Assembly: GCA_047967505.1 (NCBI GenBank)
Contig: CM106538.1
From: Dipteris shenzhenensis
Taxonomy: Eukaryota
DNA length: 64,000 bases
Direction: 5' to 3' (one strand)
How positions within the stretch are numbered: position 1 is the stretch's first letter; every line of letters starts with the position of its first letter. Shown in pieces: positions 1 through 12,419 of the stretch. The translations under genes and the position numbers were made by a program. The notes beneath the pieces are model-generated. The model made no database searches. It saw nothing but the letters and a program-made list of their open reading frames with translations, and was not told the DNA's origin.

Positions 1-275
1 CATTACAATTCTTATTGGATGCGCTACCCTATAAATCCAAAATACGCACTCATACTGAGGGAAGAAATCTAGAAACTCATAGATGCTTTCATCTATGAGA
101 TTGAGCATACGGGCTGGGTATCACCCATCATAATAGTCCTAAAGAAAAGTGGAAACATTAGAGTATGTGGATTTGAAAAAGGTTAATGCCACCACCAGAT
201 GTGACCACTACCCCTTGCCATTCACGGAACATGTTTTGGAAAGGGTAGCCAGAAAGGAAGCTTATAGCTTTCTTG
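1..275 (+). mobile_element. Ty3/gypsy reverse transcriptase N-terminal remnant (non-chromovirus type)
   Basis: Manual translation gives ...EEI*KLIDAFIYEIEHTGWVSPIIIVLKKSGNIRVC, a frameshift, then VDLKKVNATTRCDHYPLPFTEHVLERVARKEAYSFL. This is the WxSP...VC.D...N...D.YPLP start of gypsy RT. Confidence 0.85.
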
Positions 276-429
276 GCCTATATTTTCCCACCTCTTCTCT
301 ATGTACTTCATGTTCCTTGGCTATATTGATATATTGGCTTGCTTAGTTCTGTTGTTGCTCACATCCTTTTTAAGCTATGCTCGTATTGACTAGTTCACAA
401 CACCTTCTGAGTCTCCTCTCTATGGGATG

Positions 430-900
430 GCAACACTTTACAAGTCTAAAAGCTCCCCTTTGATGCCTTTTTTGCTTTGCATGAGCTTTCACGCACCCCT
501 AGCCCTGCCATGCTGTTCTGCCCCTAGCCCCATCATGCTGCTCAGCTCTACTATGCTCCACCCTGCCATGCTACTCCGCCACCTCCTTCAGCCCTCCCAC
601 CATGCTGCTTTGCCGCCCCTTGGCAGCCTAGCAGCCTCCCTAGCCTAATAGCCTGTGCCACCTCCCCTAGCCTTTCTGCCTCTAGCCTCCCCACCTTAGC
701 TCCTATCCTCTTTGCCTCAGCCCCTAGCCCCTAGCCCTACCCCCAGCCCCTAGTCCTGCCACCCTAGCCTAGCCCGCTGCACAAACCCCCCTAGCCCCGC
801 CTCTCAACCTCAAGCCTCGCCTCAGCCCCTAACCTCTCCACCTCTGCCCACTACCCTGCCACTAGTCTACCTCCCACCTACTGTTTAGCACTAGTTGCCT
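430..900. repeat. C-rich low-complexity tract with degenerate CCCCTAGCC units
   Basis: Repeated cccctagcc/ctagcct motifs, densest at 660-830. It lies upstream of the LINE ORF1 and may be its 5' region. Confidence 0.6.
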
Positions 901-1140
901 TACCTATGTACCTAAACAATACAACAAGCTTGCATGAGGGCCAATAAAGTCCCTTGAAATTCTGTGCCAGGGGTACATAGGCCCTTCGGGCTGTGACTGA
1001 ACAGAGAAGCCCCCCCCGAACTGCAATCGCAAGATGATGCCCCAGGCTCCCCCGTGAGTTGCTACCTCCACTCCACTAGCAAACTGCAGAAAAAAGAAGC
1101 TAAAAAATCAGGTTAAAAAAAAAAAGAAAAGACCAGCCTG

Positions 1141-3330
1141 ATGACACGGAGCTATGTTAAGGCACTCGACAATGCAATGCAAGTGTACATGGCAGGAACA
1201 CCCCCAAAGAATACCTCCGAGGTATTGACCCACCTTGGCAAAACTTGCTTGGCCTTGATCGAAAAGGTCAATAGCCTCAAGACCACTAATGTGGCATTGA
1301 TGGTAGAAAAGATGCATATTGACAAGACCTTGAATAAAATCAAGAAGCAAGGAGGGTGTATACAAGAAGAATGGCGAAAGAAGAAAGGGAAGAAGGATGA
1401 ATGGGAAAAGGAGAAAGAGGCATGGGAAGATGAGAAGATCATAATCAAGGACAAAATGTAGGCCATGGGGATAGAATTACAGCAATTGAGAGATATGCAG
1501 GGGGTACCAGAAGGTATGTGCAAAGCAATGGAAGAGATGAGAGCCGAGAATGAGATGCTTAAGAAGGAGATGGCAACGCTACAAATAACCATACAAGGGA
1601 AGCATGCTGAGTTCACATAGCAAATCAGTAAAGGTAATGCAGACATACTAGAACGAAAGAATCTGGTTAAGAAGGGTACGGCAGCCCCCAAGAAAGAGAT
1701 CATCTCTGAAGCCTTGGAGGAAGAGAAAAGGAGGAGTAGCAAGGCATTGAATGTCCTGGTTAGAGGCCTAACAGTTGGAGACACCCTTATGTCCGATGCT
1801 ACGACATTGTTCACCAAAATGGGAGTCAAAGAATTGACAGAGGTGACAAGGGAGAAGGGAAGAAAGGGGAGAAAGAAGAGGGTGAACTATGATGGTGCCA
1901 GAGCCAGGAGAAGAGTGCACAAAACAAGCTGAGTATGGCTATATGGAATTGTAATGGCACACATTGGTCTGACCCAAGTGTTGTGGGGCAGGATACACCT
2001 GGGAATCTGCTCATAGGAAAGAAATGGTGAGAGATAGTGGGGTATGAGGCTCTAGAGGTGTAGCTGTCCTTTTCAAAACACACTTAAGGCCACTCATATC
2101 TATGGTACGAAGAGAGGAACATGCACATCACATGTGGATACGAGTGCAACCACTAGATGCCCGACCTATCTTCATTGCAGTATAATATTTCCCTTTGCAC
2201 ACATCATCATATGCCCATGATGTCACTACGGAGGGGCACAGCCCTTATGAGACAATACATGAGGATATCATAGAGTTCTCCAGACAGGGAGACACCCTCC
2301 TTCTGGGGGATTTCAATGCAAGGACAAGGGACAGGCAAGTGGACTTATTTGACTTCACATATGAGAGAGATCCCCACATGATGCCAGAGTTAGATGCTGT
2401 AGAACTTGGGACTTAAAGACTCTCTGTAGATACTTCGCATGTGATAGCATACAGGTGACACCTGCTTGAGTTGGGAGCTGTCTACGACCTCATCATCTAC
2501 AATGGCCTTCAGAGATGGCCATCATCTGAGGGATTCACATGCTTCCCACATGGAGGTGGGACTAGCACAATGGACTACCTATTGGGCCCACTGGCTTTTG
2601 TCTCATGAATACATGACCTCACCATAACCCCCCCACTTGGAGCTGACCACTCATACCCGGCCTTCGATGTTCTTGTTACTACACTAGACACAGGGAGAGT
2701 TCCTACCGCTACCTGTACCCAGATCCACTTTGACCGTGCTCTTGATCCAGTGTATGTGTGCCACTTAGCCAAAGAGCTTTCGGCCTTATTGGAGGCTAAT
2801 CTAGACCTTGCCCATGCCTCAGTTACCCTTGTCACAGTGATACAAGATGTTGCCACTAGATCCTTTCCTATGACCCAATCTTCACGAGTACGAGATGGGA
2901 AGATACCTCAGAACCCTTGGTTTGATGATGAGTGCAAAGAGATGCGAGCCCACCTCACACGGGAGTGAGCCCTAGGTTAGTTGGAACCACACGAGGCACA
3001 CATGATATTTTAGCGACGACTGACATGCCGCAAGAGATGAGCCTTCCTCACACATAGGATGGATGAGATCATTAGATTATTTCGTGGAGGAGACCCAACC
3101 ACTGGGTGGGGATTCTTTGTGGAGGGAAAGCCACCCATCCCCATCACCGATCCAGGCATGTGGCACACCTACGCATGCTCAATATATGATGTCTCGAGGC
3201 AGACACCGCCAGACATGTCCACTATGCCCAGGTCCACTACTTATCATCTATTCACTATGCAGAATGTGCAGGCAGCACTTCGCCAGCTTCACAACCGAAA
3301 ACATAGGATCACGAAGGCCTTCAGATAGAG
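1141..3330 (+). mobile_element. Degenerate LINE: coiled-coil ORF1 plus APE endonuclease part of ORF2; RT domain missing
   Basis: K/E-rich coiled-coil frame at 1141-1932 with in-frame stops. It is followed by AIWNCNG (~1938), LLLGDFNART (~2295), GFTCFPHGGGTSTMDYLLG (~2531), ADH (~2642) and PQNPWFDDECKEMR (~2906). The element breaks off near 3330. Confidence 0.8.
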
Positions 3331-3400
3331 CATTTTGGCTAGGCTTTCCAAAATAATGTTAACTTGTGACCCCCCATCCACATTGACACCTTGTATATTT
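3331..3400 (-). mobile_element. Ty3/gypsy aspartic protease remnant
   Basis: Minus strand reads GVNVDGGSQVNIILESLAKM, a D-G-G-S-x-V-N-I retropepsin active-site motif. Decayed gag-like sequence probably continues to ~4000. Confidence 0.6.
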
Positions 3401-4919
3401 TGCTTCTTGACCTTGATAGTGACAATGAGCACTACCTTGCCAACAATTGGTTGTGTAGGTTACTAGGATGGTGTCCAACAACTCTATCATAGTGTGTTTT
3501 TCTTAGGATTCTTTGCAAGCTACCTTACAAAAGAATTTGAGGTGATAGAGGGACTAGTCGCAATAGTTGCTCTACTATTATGTGATGAACTTTAAATCTT
3601 AAAAGGTATCCATGCTTAGATTTCCTCGTTGTTTCTTGGCTTGGCTCTAGGTTGCTTTGTGAGGAGCTTGATGCTGTACTTGTAGCTTGCTATAATCTAG
3701 CTTCAGTCAAGTTTGCATGGTCCTATGTTGAACATCTATTGGGTGCTTAGGGCTACCTTTTGGTTCAAGTTCTATTATAGGGGCTTTCCCCTTTTTTTCC
3801 CTTACTGTCTTGCCCACGGCTCTATGTATTCCTTCAAATTTATGTATTTTCCTCCAAGTTGTGCCTTCATTTCCACAAGGGCCTGTCATTGTGAATGACA
3901 ACATTGACCCCGATTTTCACCTCATGTACTTTTGCAAGTACTACATCGCCTCACCCACATCAGTGTCCACTTCTCACATTCCAACATTGTTTTGTAAAGT
4001 AGCTTAATATGCATGTGCTAGAGCCTGCACTCTGACTTAAGGTGGCCCTCTTTTTCATAGAAGAAAGACTTGACCCTTGTCTTTCCCTTATCTTGATCTT
4101 ATTAGGGCTCTCCATGGTTCCTCCCTTCCTTGATCTTTTTTTAAGGTGTGATGTCCTATTATATCTCAGCTTGTTTTGTCACTATGTCACTTAATTAGCA
4201 TCAACGGTCCATTTTTTTATGGTACCAACATTCTAAGCTATCATGGACATGATTCACACATGTATCACAATATTTTGTGGGCATTATAGTCTCGTATGAG
4301 TCCTATTATGTGAAAATTTGCTACACCAATTATTGCTAGCTCTGAGACTTCCTCAAATGCCTAGCTTGTGTAATGCTTTCTTTCATTGTTCTTCTTTCTT
4401 TGGTTTTAGAGATAGGTTCTCCTTTTCCTCACTCTCCATGTGTTATTTTAAGGATTCTATTTAACCATGCCATGCTTCTCTAGGAAATTTTTTTGGTCAA
4501 GAAGCTCTCCATAAGTATGTGTGGGATTCACTATCTCTAAGAAGTAAAGATCCATTAGCATATTGCTTAGTTGTCAGGTGCACATTGTCTTGACATAGGG
4601 TAACCTACTCAACCATTGCTTAGAGCCCTCATCCATAGGACAAAGTCCTAGATTGATTCTCCTTTTCTTTGAATTAAGATAATTGAGATTTGCTCAATTG
4701 TCATGCTTGTTCACTTCCTGGTGTAATCACCTAAGGGAGGCTTGTGTCATGTGCTGCCAATCTTGGAAATAGCTAGTAGGGAATTGGTTGAACCAACTTT
4801 GCATCATCTTCACCAAAGTTAGAGGCCACTTTGTGGTATTTTCCTATGGTCCTTAGCCTACCTTGGTTGAGAGGTGGCCAAGTCTGGTTTGCTTCTAGTC
4901 TCACCAAAGTAGTTTGATG

Positions 4920-5420
4920 CAACAAGTATTGACATAGCTAGGCTCGGCGGTCTCATTACAACTCATGATCCTCACTATCTTATGTTGTTATGCAGTCCTC
5001 TTGCTCCAATTCTATGGTTTCCAATGCCAATTTCCAAATCTACTTCCAATCTCTCCTGTTCTTGGTCATTCCATTCCATCTCACCTCATTTCTCAACAGG
5101 TTCTCCTCACATTGGGCAACATACCTTTGATGGATACCAAATCGATTGGGTAGCCAAAACGTGTCATGATGCTTTGGTAAATAAACTTTGCTTATGCTAT
5201 CAACTGTATTATACCTTAGTGCTTATGCCTCCACCCATTTTGTGTAGTAATCCATAGCTACCAAGATGTACTTGTTTCCTATATATTTGGCAACAGGTTT
5301 AAATGGTCCAATGAAATCTAGCCCCAGTTCTGGAATGGTTCTAGAGGTAACATTGGATTTAGTGTTATTTTATTTGTGCTTACCAAATGACCACCCCTTT
5401 GGCAATATCAACATTGACAT
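4920..5420 (-). mobile_element. Ty3/gypsy integrase core remnant
   Basis: Minus strand, joined across frameshifts: [46 protein letters not shown]...FIYQSIMTRFGYPIDLVS. Confidence 0.85.
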
Positions 5421-5553
5421 GCATAGTCATGTGAATCCTTGAGAAGTATTTAGGGTGGTAAAATTTTTGCATGATACTAGACATATTAAGAGAGATGGAG
5501 GGGAGAGAGTTATGTCATGATAACATGCATAGTCACATATATAAGTGTGCTTA

Positions 5554-5556
<3 letters not shown>

Positions 5557-5599
<43 letters not shown>

Positions 5600-5740
5600 A
5601 CATGTGCATGCGTGTGTGCATGCATGCATTCATGTAAAGGTATGTGCACATGTGATTGTGTGTGCTTACCCAATATGTGTGTACACCCCTCAACTATGTG
5701 TGTGTTGTGTATGCATGTGCATGTACATGTGTATGTGTGC

Positions 5741-5803
<63 letters not shown>

Positions 5804-5864
5804 CGCGTGCGTGCATGTGTATGTGTTTGTGTGTGTGTGTGCATGCGTGTGTATGCGTGCGTGC

Positions 5865-5901
<37 letters not shown>

Positions 5902-5905
5902 CATG
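5557..5905. repeat. Compound (TG)n/(TGCG)n/(TGCA)n microsatellite
   Basis: Long TG runs are directly visible and account for the spurious CV/HT-rich ORFs. Confidence 0.97.
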
Positions 5906-5914
5906 TATAGTCAC

Positions 5915-6425
5915 AAGGATCTAGGAGAGGGAGGGATTGAAAGAGTGAGTGTTCATTGTCCTTACGAAGTGGTCGACTGTTCCGAAATCATACATGTTGG
6001 GGTATGGATTTCTCACAATCACAATACAATGAATGCTATCATGAACATGAAGCGACGGGTGAGGTTCCTTAATTTTGTCTTTCTTGAAAAGTTATATTGG
6101 TTTCGTTCGGCATGACTATAGTCCAGAGCTCCTACAACTAGTGTGGTGGGGTTAGGCAGACGATAATAAAGTCATAAGAATCTAAGGAGGAAAAATGTGA
6201 GAGAATGAGTGCTCATTGTGCTTGTCGAAGAGTTGGGGAAGTGGTCTATTGCCCCAATATCTCACATCTTGGGCTAACTTTTCACCACAACTACAAGACA
6301 ATGAATTTGATTGTTGTGAACATGGAGTGATAGGTGAGGTTTCTAATATTTGCTTTTCTTGAAAAGTTTGATTGGTTTCCTTTGGAAAAAGTTTAGTCCC
6401 AAGCTCCTATACCTAGTGTGCTAGA
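5915..6425 (+). repeat. Diverged tandem duplication, two ~260 bp units
   Basis: 5915-6155 aligns with 6176-6425, e.g. gtgaggttccttaattttgtctttcttgaaaagtt vs gtgaggtttctaatatttgcttttcttgaaaagtt. Confidence 0.75.
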
Positions 6426-8587
6426 TTGAATGATTCATGGATGCAAAGGAGTGCATTTCAATCTTCTTATGTTTCTTTGAATGATGCATAGATGCAAATG
6501 CTTTTGTACATAGTTATTCATCATAAAGAAAACAATTGATTCATAAGGTAGTGTTTCCATAGCATATGCTTAAAGCCATTCTACTTACATTTGACATGCC
6601 ATACATTAGTGGCCATCCAGATGTAAATCCCCAAGACCCAAAATCTCATGTGTTCACATGCCATAGAGTAATGGACATTTGGATAATAATACCACAACTT
6701 GTTATCATACTTGGAGGATTATTGATAATAGTATGGTGACTAATGATGGTATTTGACCTACTACCAGTGGTAGTAAGCCTATCAATGATGGTAGTCAGTG
6801 TTTTTATTGGCAAGACATGGCTTATAAACGGTGATAGTGCGCTTGCTTATCAATTGTAAAGGTCAGGTCTTAAATCTAACTGAGGAGATCTAGAACAGAG
6901 ATAGCACTCATACTCCTCTTCAAGCATAGTTGCATTCGATTCATTCCAAAGTCTCTATATTTCTATACAAGTACCACAATTAGTGGCATTGCATCTATAC
7001 CACAAACTGGTGGCACTGCACATGTGTATGTTAATTATCTTATACCACCTACAATGGAGGTATATAACATGGACATGATGCATATGTACAAATCAAATAT
7101 GCACAACATATAGTTGTTGGTTTTTTGGGACCTCCTAATGATGTCAATGAAGGGTTGAGGATATATATGGAGGTGTTCCTTGCAGTCGCCCCTCTAGAAT
7201 ACCCCCCCCCCCCCAAAATGGCCCTTGATCCATGTCCCATACTTTAGGAAATTGCACACCGGCTCATTTTGTATTCCTTAGAGTTACCAAAAACCCTTGA
7301 AACCCTATGTTGCACTTTTGTAAAATCCATATTGGCTCCCTTTGTATATATTGTGGCAAATCCCCTTTCAATAATAGTCATTTTTTGTATTTCTGTGTAC
7401 AATTATTCTACAATTTGCATGGTTGCAATTAGAGAGAGAGAGAGACTAATATTCCACTCCATCTCTCAAATACTAGCTTAGATTTTGCATAACTTAAGGA
7501 TCTCTTTCTTAGTAGTCTCTAAAGCTCCTACTAGGTCTTGCTCCATCTCCTCATTCTATGAGAGTTCATATACATTTGGTAAAGGTACCCTTGTTGCTTT
7601 GGTATTGCTCTTGTCTGCATTCATCTGTGCTTGTGGGACAACCAAAACCTCTTCATCATCGCTATTTGGAGGATTATTAGGCTTTTGCTTTTTTTGAGGC
7701 TTATCAAGTTTTATACATACTTGGCGGCTCCCCTAGGACCAATTAAACTTTCCTTCTCCACCACTGTAACTTTCCCTATTCCTTGCTTGAGATCAATTGT
7801 TGCTTGGTTGTGCATGGAAACCAATTGTTGCTTGGTTGTCCACTACAGATAGAGTATTTAGGGGAAAAAATTGAAGAGGATATTTTTTACAAGCCATATA
7901 CCTTGCTTAAGGACACCAAAAATCCATAGGTTTTCATATGCTAATATTCGCTAGCTTGAATGTTGTCTAATTTGTTAATTTGAAGGTTCTCTTTCTTTTG
8001 ATTGGTTACTATTTTGCACTAGATGAATTTAAGAGATACCATAGCATTGCCACAAGCTTATCAACTACTAGGGATTATCCTGAGTTTAAGGCCATCAAAA
8101 AATTGGTGTCTCCTACTCATTTTCATAGGCCAAGGCAGGGACCAATGCACATGGACATTAGGCTATGCAATTATATTTGCATAGAGAGCTTATGGCTATG
8201 TAAGTTGGTAGTACCAGAGTGCCACGTGTTTGCTTGGAATCAGCCCAATCTCTCAACAATCGTTGATGGAAATTATTGGTCATATCGTTGAAAAAATTAT
8301 TGAAGGGCATGATAGGACAGGACTATTGAGGATGCTAAATTACTAGATTCACTATAGTGAGTGGTGTAAGTGACATCCAACCGTCAAAAGGTTGGGGTCG
8401 GCAAAAGATGCATCTAGACCATTAGATCGAAAAAGTTCCTTAATGGTAATCGCCTCCTCCCGATTGTGGCTGCCCAAATAAAATTTGCTCGGAACCACCT
8501 ACCCAAAAATTACACATGACGTCATATAACCACCCTTCCCAAGGTGGGGGAGGGGCCCTTTCCCCCTCAAAAATGGCTTGTGGGCTC

Positions 8588-8825
8588 CCACCCCCGCTCA
8601 CCATTTTCTAAGATTGTCGCCCCCCCCCCCCTCATTTTCCCTATTCCATCTTGGTTGTCCTATTGTACAACACGCGTGGAAGGGGTATTTGGTAGCTATA
8701 GGAACCATGGCTGAATAACCTCAGAGAGCCCGCTCATAATTTTCTAAGGTTGTCCCCCCTCGCCCCCCCCCCTCCCCCCAAATCACTTTCCCTGTTCCAT
8801 CTTGGTAGTCCTATTGTACAACATA
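8588..8825. repeat. Local direct duplication (~85-95 bp) overlapping the PPR stop codon
   Basis: cgctca..attttctaag.ttgtc.c(C)n..ttccct.ttccatcttggt.gtcctattgtacaaca occurs at about 8594-8672 and 8731-8823. Confidence 0.85.
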
Positions 8826-10630
8826 GGCCATCTTTTGTTGCACATGAACCCAAGTTTGCCTTGGCTTCTTCGTGCTTGTTCTTTCACTCATTATCGCAAC
8901 CTTTTTCTTTTCCTGCTCCATGTGAGCAAATGCATAGATGTTAGACATCAAGACATAAGCTGCATCGCCCAATTCATCCAATTGTACTGCATGTTCAAAG
9001 GCTTGTCTTCCAAGCTCAACATTATCCCACTTTTGACAAGCCCCCAACACAGTATTCCACACCACAAGATTAGGTTGGAAAGGCATCTTGTCCAGGATCC
9101 CCACTGCCTCACCTAATTGGCCTGCACGGCCAAGGAGATCAACCATGCAAATATGGTGTTCAATACTTGGGGTGATGCCATAGATGTTGCACATGTCCTC
9201 AAAATACTTATGGGCCTTATCTACTAGACCCCCATGACTCCATGCAGTCAGAGCACTAAGGAACGTGACTCCATCTGCCTTTATACCTTCTCCTTTCATT
9301 CTTTCGAGCATATGGAAAACGATTTTACTTTCTCCTAGCTGGGCATATCCTGAAATTATTACACGTCATGAAACTGCGTTCTGAACTGAAAGCTTGTCAA
9401 ACACTTCCCTTGCTTTTGCGAGCGAGCCACATTTCACGTACATGTCGATCAAGGTGTTGCCAACAAAAGGATCTCTTCCCAAGTCCTGTCTGGCAATCTC
9501 AGCATGTATTTCTTGGCCCTTGCCTACGGCTCCTATGCTACCACAAGCTTTCAAGCTGCAAGCAAAGGTGACAGCATTCGCAGAGACACCCTGCAGTTGC
9601 ATCTGTCGGAAACAGTTCAGTGCTTCCTCCCCAAGCCCACGTTCAGCATATCCTGCAATAAGTGCAGTCCAGCAGACTACATCCCGAACTAGCAACTTGT
9701 CAAATACTTCCTGTGCTTTTGCAAGCCAGCCACCTTTGGCATACATGTCGATCAAGGCATTGCCAAGAAAAGGATCTCTGTCCAATTCCTGTCTGGTAAT
9801 CTCAGCATGTATTTCTTGGCCCCTGTCTATGTCTCCAATGCTGCAACAAGCTTTCAAGCTGTAAACAAACGTAATAGCATTCGGAGAGACACAATCCACT
9901 TGCATCTCTTTGAACCGATTCAATGCTTCCTCACCAAGCGCACATTCAGCATATCCTGCAACAAGTGCAGTCCACAAGACCACATCTTGAACTAGCACCT
10001 TGTTAAACACTTCCTGTGCTTTGGCAAACAAGCCCCATTAGGAATACATGTCAACCAAGGTGTTGCCAACACCAGGAAATATTTCCATTTCCTGTTTCGC
10101 AATCCCAGCATGGATTTCTCGGCCCTTATTTATGGCTCCAATTTTGCCACAAGCTTTCAAGCTGCAAACAAATGTGACAGCATTTGGAGAGATACCCTCA
10201 TGTTTCATCTGTTCAAAACAATTCAGTGCTTCATCACTAAACCCGAATTCAGTATATCCTGCGATTAGTATGTTCCAGGACACTACATCTCGAAATAACA
10301 GTGTGTCAAACACTGCCTGTGCTTTGGAAAGGGAGCAACATTTGGCATACATGTCGACCAAGGCGTTGCCAACCAAAGGATCTCTGTCCAATTCCTTTAT
10401 GGCAATCTCAGTGTGTATTTCTTGGCCCTTGTCTATGGCTCCTATGCTCACAGGCTTTCAAGCTGCAAACTAGAGTGACAGCAGTTGGAGAGACATCCTC
10501 CCGTTGCATCTGTTCAAAACAGTTCAGTGCTTTCTCACCAAGTCCATGGTCATTATATCCTGCAATAAGTATGTTCCATGACACTACATCCCGAACTAGC
10601 AGCTTGTCAAACACTTTCCGTGCTTTTTTT
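8811..10630 (-). pseudogene. PLS-class PPR protein with E domain (organellar RNA-editing factor type), 5'-truncated pseudogene
   Basis: Repeated P-L-S triplets (DVVSWNILIAGY / AVTFVCSLKAC / FVGNTLIDMYVKCG) and an E-type end (HHICMVDLLGRAG, PNLVVWNTVLGAC, AAYVLMSNIYA, KKPRQTWVHV). Lesions: frameshift at ~10450, TAA at 10038-10040 (conserved Lys position) and TGA at 9366-9368 (conserved Trp position). It starts mid-repeat at ~10625 and has no DYW domain. Confidence 0.92.
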
Positions 10631-11979
10631 ATTTCCATTTTTTGCATTATTTTTTGATTAGGTGGAAAGTTTCAGTTGCATGTCAGTTGGAGCATGCATT
10701 GGATTGAGTACTCAAAATCTCCTTGTTTTGGCGCGTCTATCGTTATTGACGACTTCGTTGCACAGCTGGTTGAGTCGCTTTCGGATAAATTATGGCCGTA
10801 ATGTAGCTCTGACAAGGTGCTATCCTAGAAATCGAGCATCAGCGTCGGCCTCCAAGCGGCTGAATGGCATCGTCGTGCAAATTAGTCTCCTGCTTGTTTT
10901 AATGTTGATTAAAACTGATGATTCGTTTGTCAACGATGTTTGGATTGTCCATGTAAAGACACCTGTGGCGAATATTTCTTGGATTGCGAAAATCCTCAGT
11001 GTTCGTTGTTATGCTCTATTTCGCCCGTCAATAAATCTGCGATGGTATGCAATTTCGCCGCACTTGCCTTCTGATACGTTAGGAACAAAGCAAACACCAG
11101 CAATGGAGGGATCGATGGACATGATGGAAACGGACAGTGGTGCATTCGAGAAGGGTGGATTTACGTTCCTTTTGTCTTTCTTTTGTTTTAAGACGTCCTT
11201 CCGTATATTCTTACTGTCTGTGTGCAGGACTTGCAAAAGCATGCCCTAAACTGTTAGGATCTCTTGTCACACCAGTTTTAGAGAAAGCTCTTGTTTTGGA
11301 AGCTGGAAACGATGGCTTGAAACGACCCAAGGAAGTTGCTGCTGGTAGACTCTTTCGTGTATCTTTTGATATTATTGCTCTTGTTTTGCAAGAGTATCGC
11401 TCTTTGATGCATGTTTTCAGCCCATCTCACGTCTTCAAATTTTTTGTGAGCATTGAGAACGTAAGTTTTAACGTTTTCTTTGATTCATGCAAATCCCAGC
11501 CCATCTCGTGTCTTCGACTTTCTGTAAGAACATAAGTCTTGACGTTTCTTTTGATCTCATGCAATGGTCTTCGTTTGGAACTGTCAACGTATGATTCACA
11601 TCTTCGTTTGAAACCGTCCAGTTGAGAAGAATGTAATCACACAATAGCTTATTCTGAACAGTCATCGTATTTTTCGTGTGTACAACATCTGTTACGTCTG
11701 GTGCGTCAATCGTCATTCGTGACACAGTGTGATTTACTTGGTTTTCTTGAGTTAAATGTTTACAATCCGTCCACCATTTCCACCATCAATCGCAACGTAG
11801 GGTGCTTTGCGCCTCTGTTGTTTGATTCTTTGGATCAATAGCTTCATATAGTGTTCATTTGTGAATGTTAATGAAAGTAAATGGTGCTGCCTCTCATAGC
11901 TGTCAAAAACCTTGCTCATGGTTGCAATACTCTGAGGACCAATTGGAGCATCTGCAGGAGAAAAACAAGCTTGTGAATT

Positions 11980-12059
11980 TGCTCTCTCTCTTCTCTCTCT
12001 CTGTGTCTCTGTGCCCATAAGTCCACTTTTACGAGAACCGGCCACACAACACATCATTT

Positions 12060-12101
<42 letters not shown>

Positions 12102-12140
12102 CATAAGTCTACTTTTACGATAACTAGCCACAAAACACAC
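11980..12140. repeat. Two tandem ~80 bp units, each led by a (CT)n run
   Basis: (CT)n-gcccataagtc.acttttacga.aac..gccaca.aacaca appears twice. Confidence 0.85.
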
Positions 12141-12419
12141 TGCCAACCCTCTTCTCTTCCTTCCTTTTCACACTTTCTTCTGCTTTATGTTCTATTCCCT
12201 ACCATCCCTAAAAACACACTGTGTTTATCAGGACGTACTGAGGCGAGCAATGTTGCAAGGAAATCAGATCTTGTGTGCGCAGCACCTGATGTTTCGGTTT
12301 TGAGCAGCAGAATGATTCAAATTTTATTTGGGTATTGTATTTATGTTGCGCGAATCTTATACAATGGTGAAGTTTCTAAAAACGTTTATACCATAGGAAC
12401 TATTTTGCTCCTATTTTGT

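Noticed and set aside
5427-6115. Cys/Val- and His/Thr-rich ORFs
   Set aside because: They are translations of the (TG)n microsatellite.
9366-10040. PPR stop codons repaired by U-to-C RNA editing
   Set aside because: The stops sit at Trp (TGG) and Lys (AAA) positions, which U-to-C editing cannot restore. The locus is nuclear and also has a frameshift.
9394-10473. Long plus-strand ORFs over the PPR gene
   Set aside because: Antisense shadows of the repetitive PPR frame.
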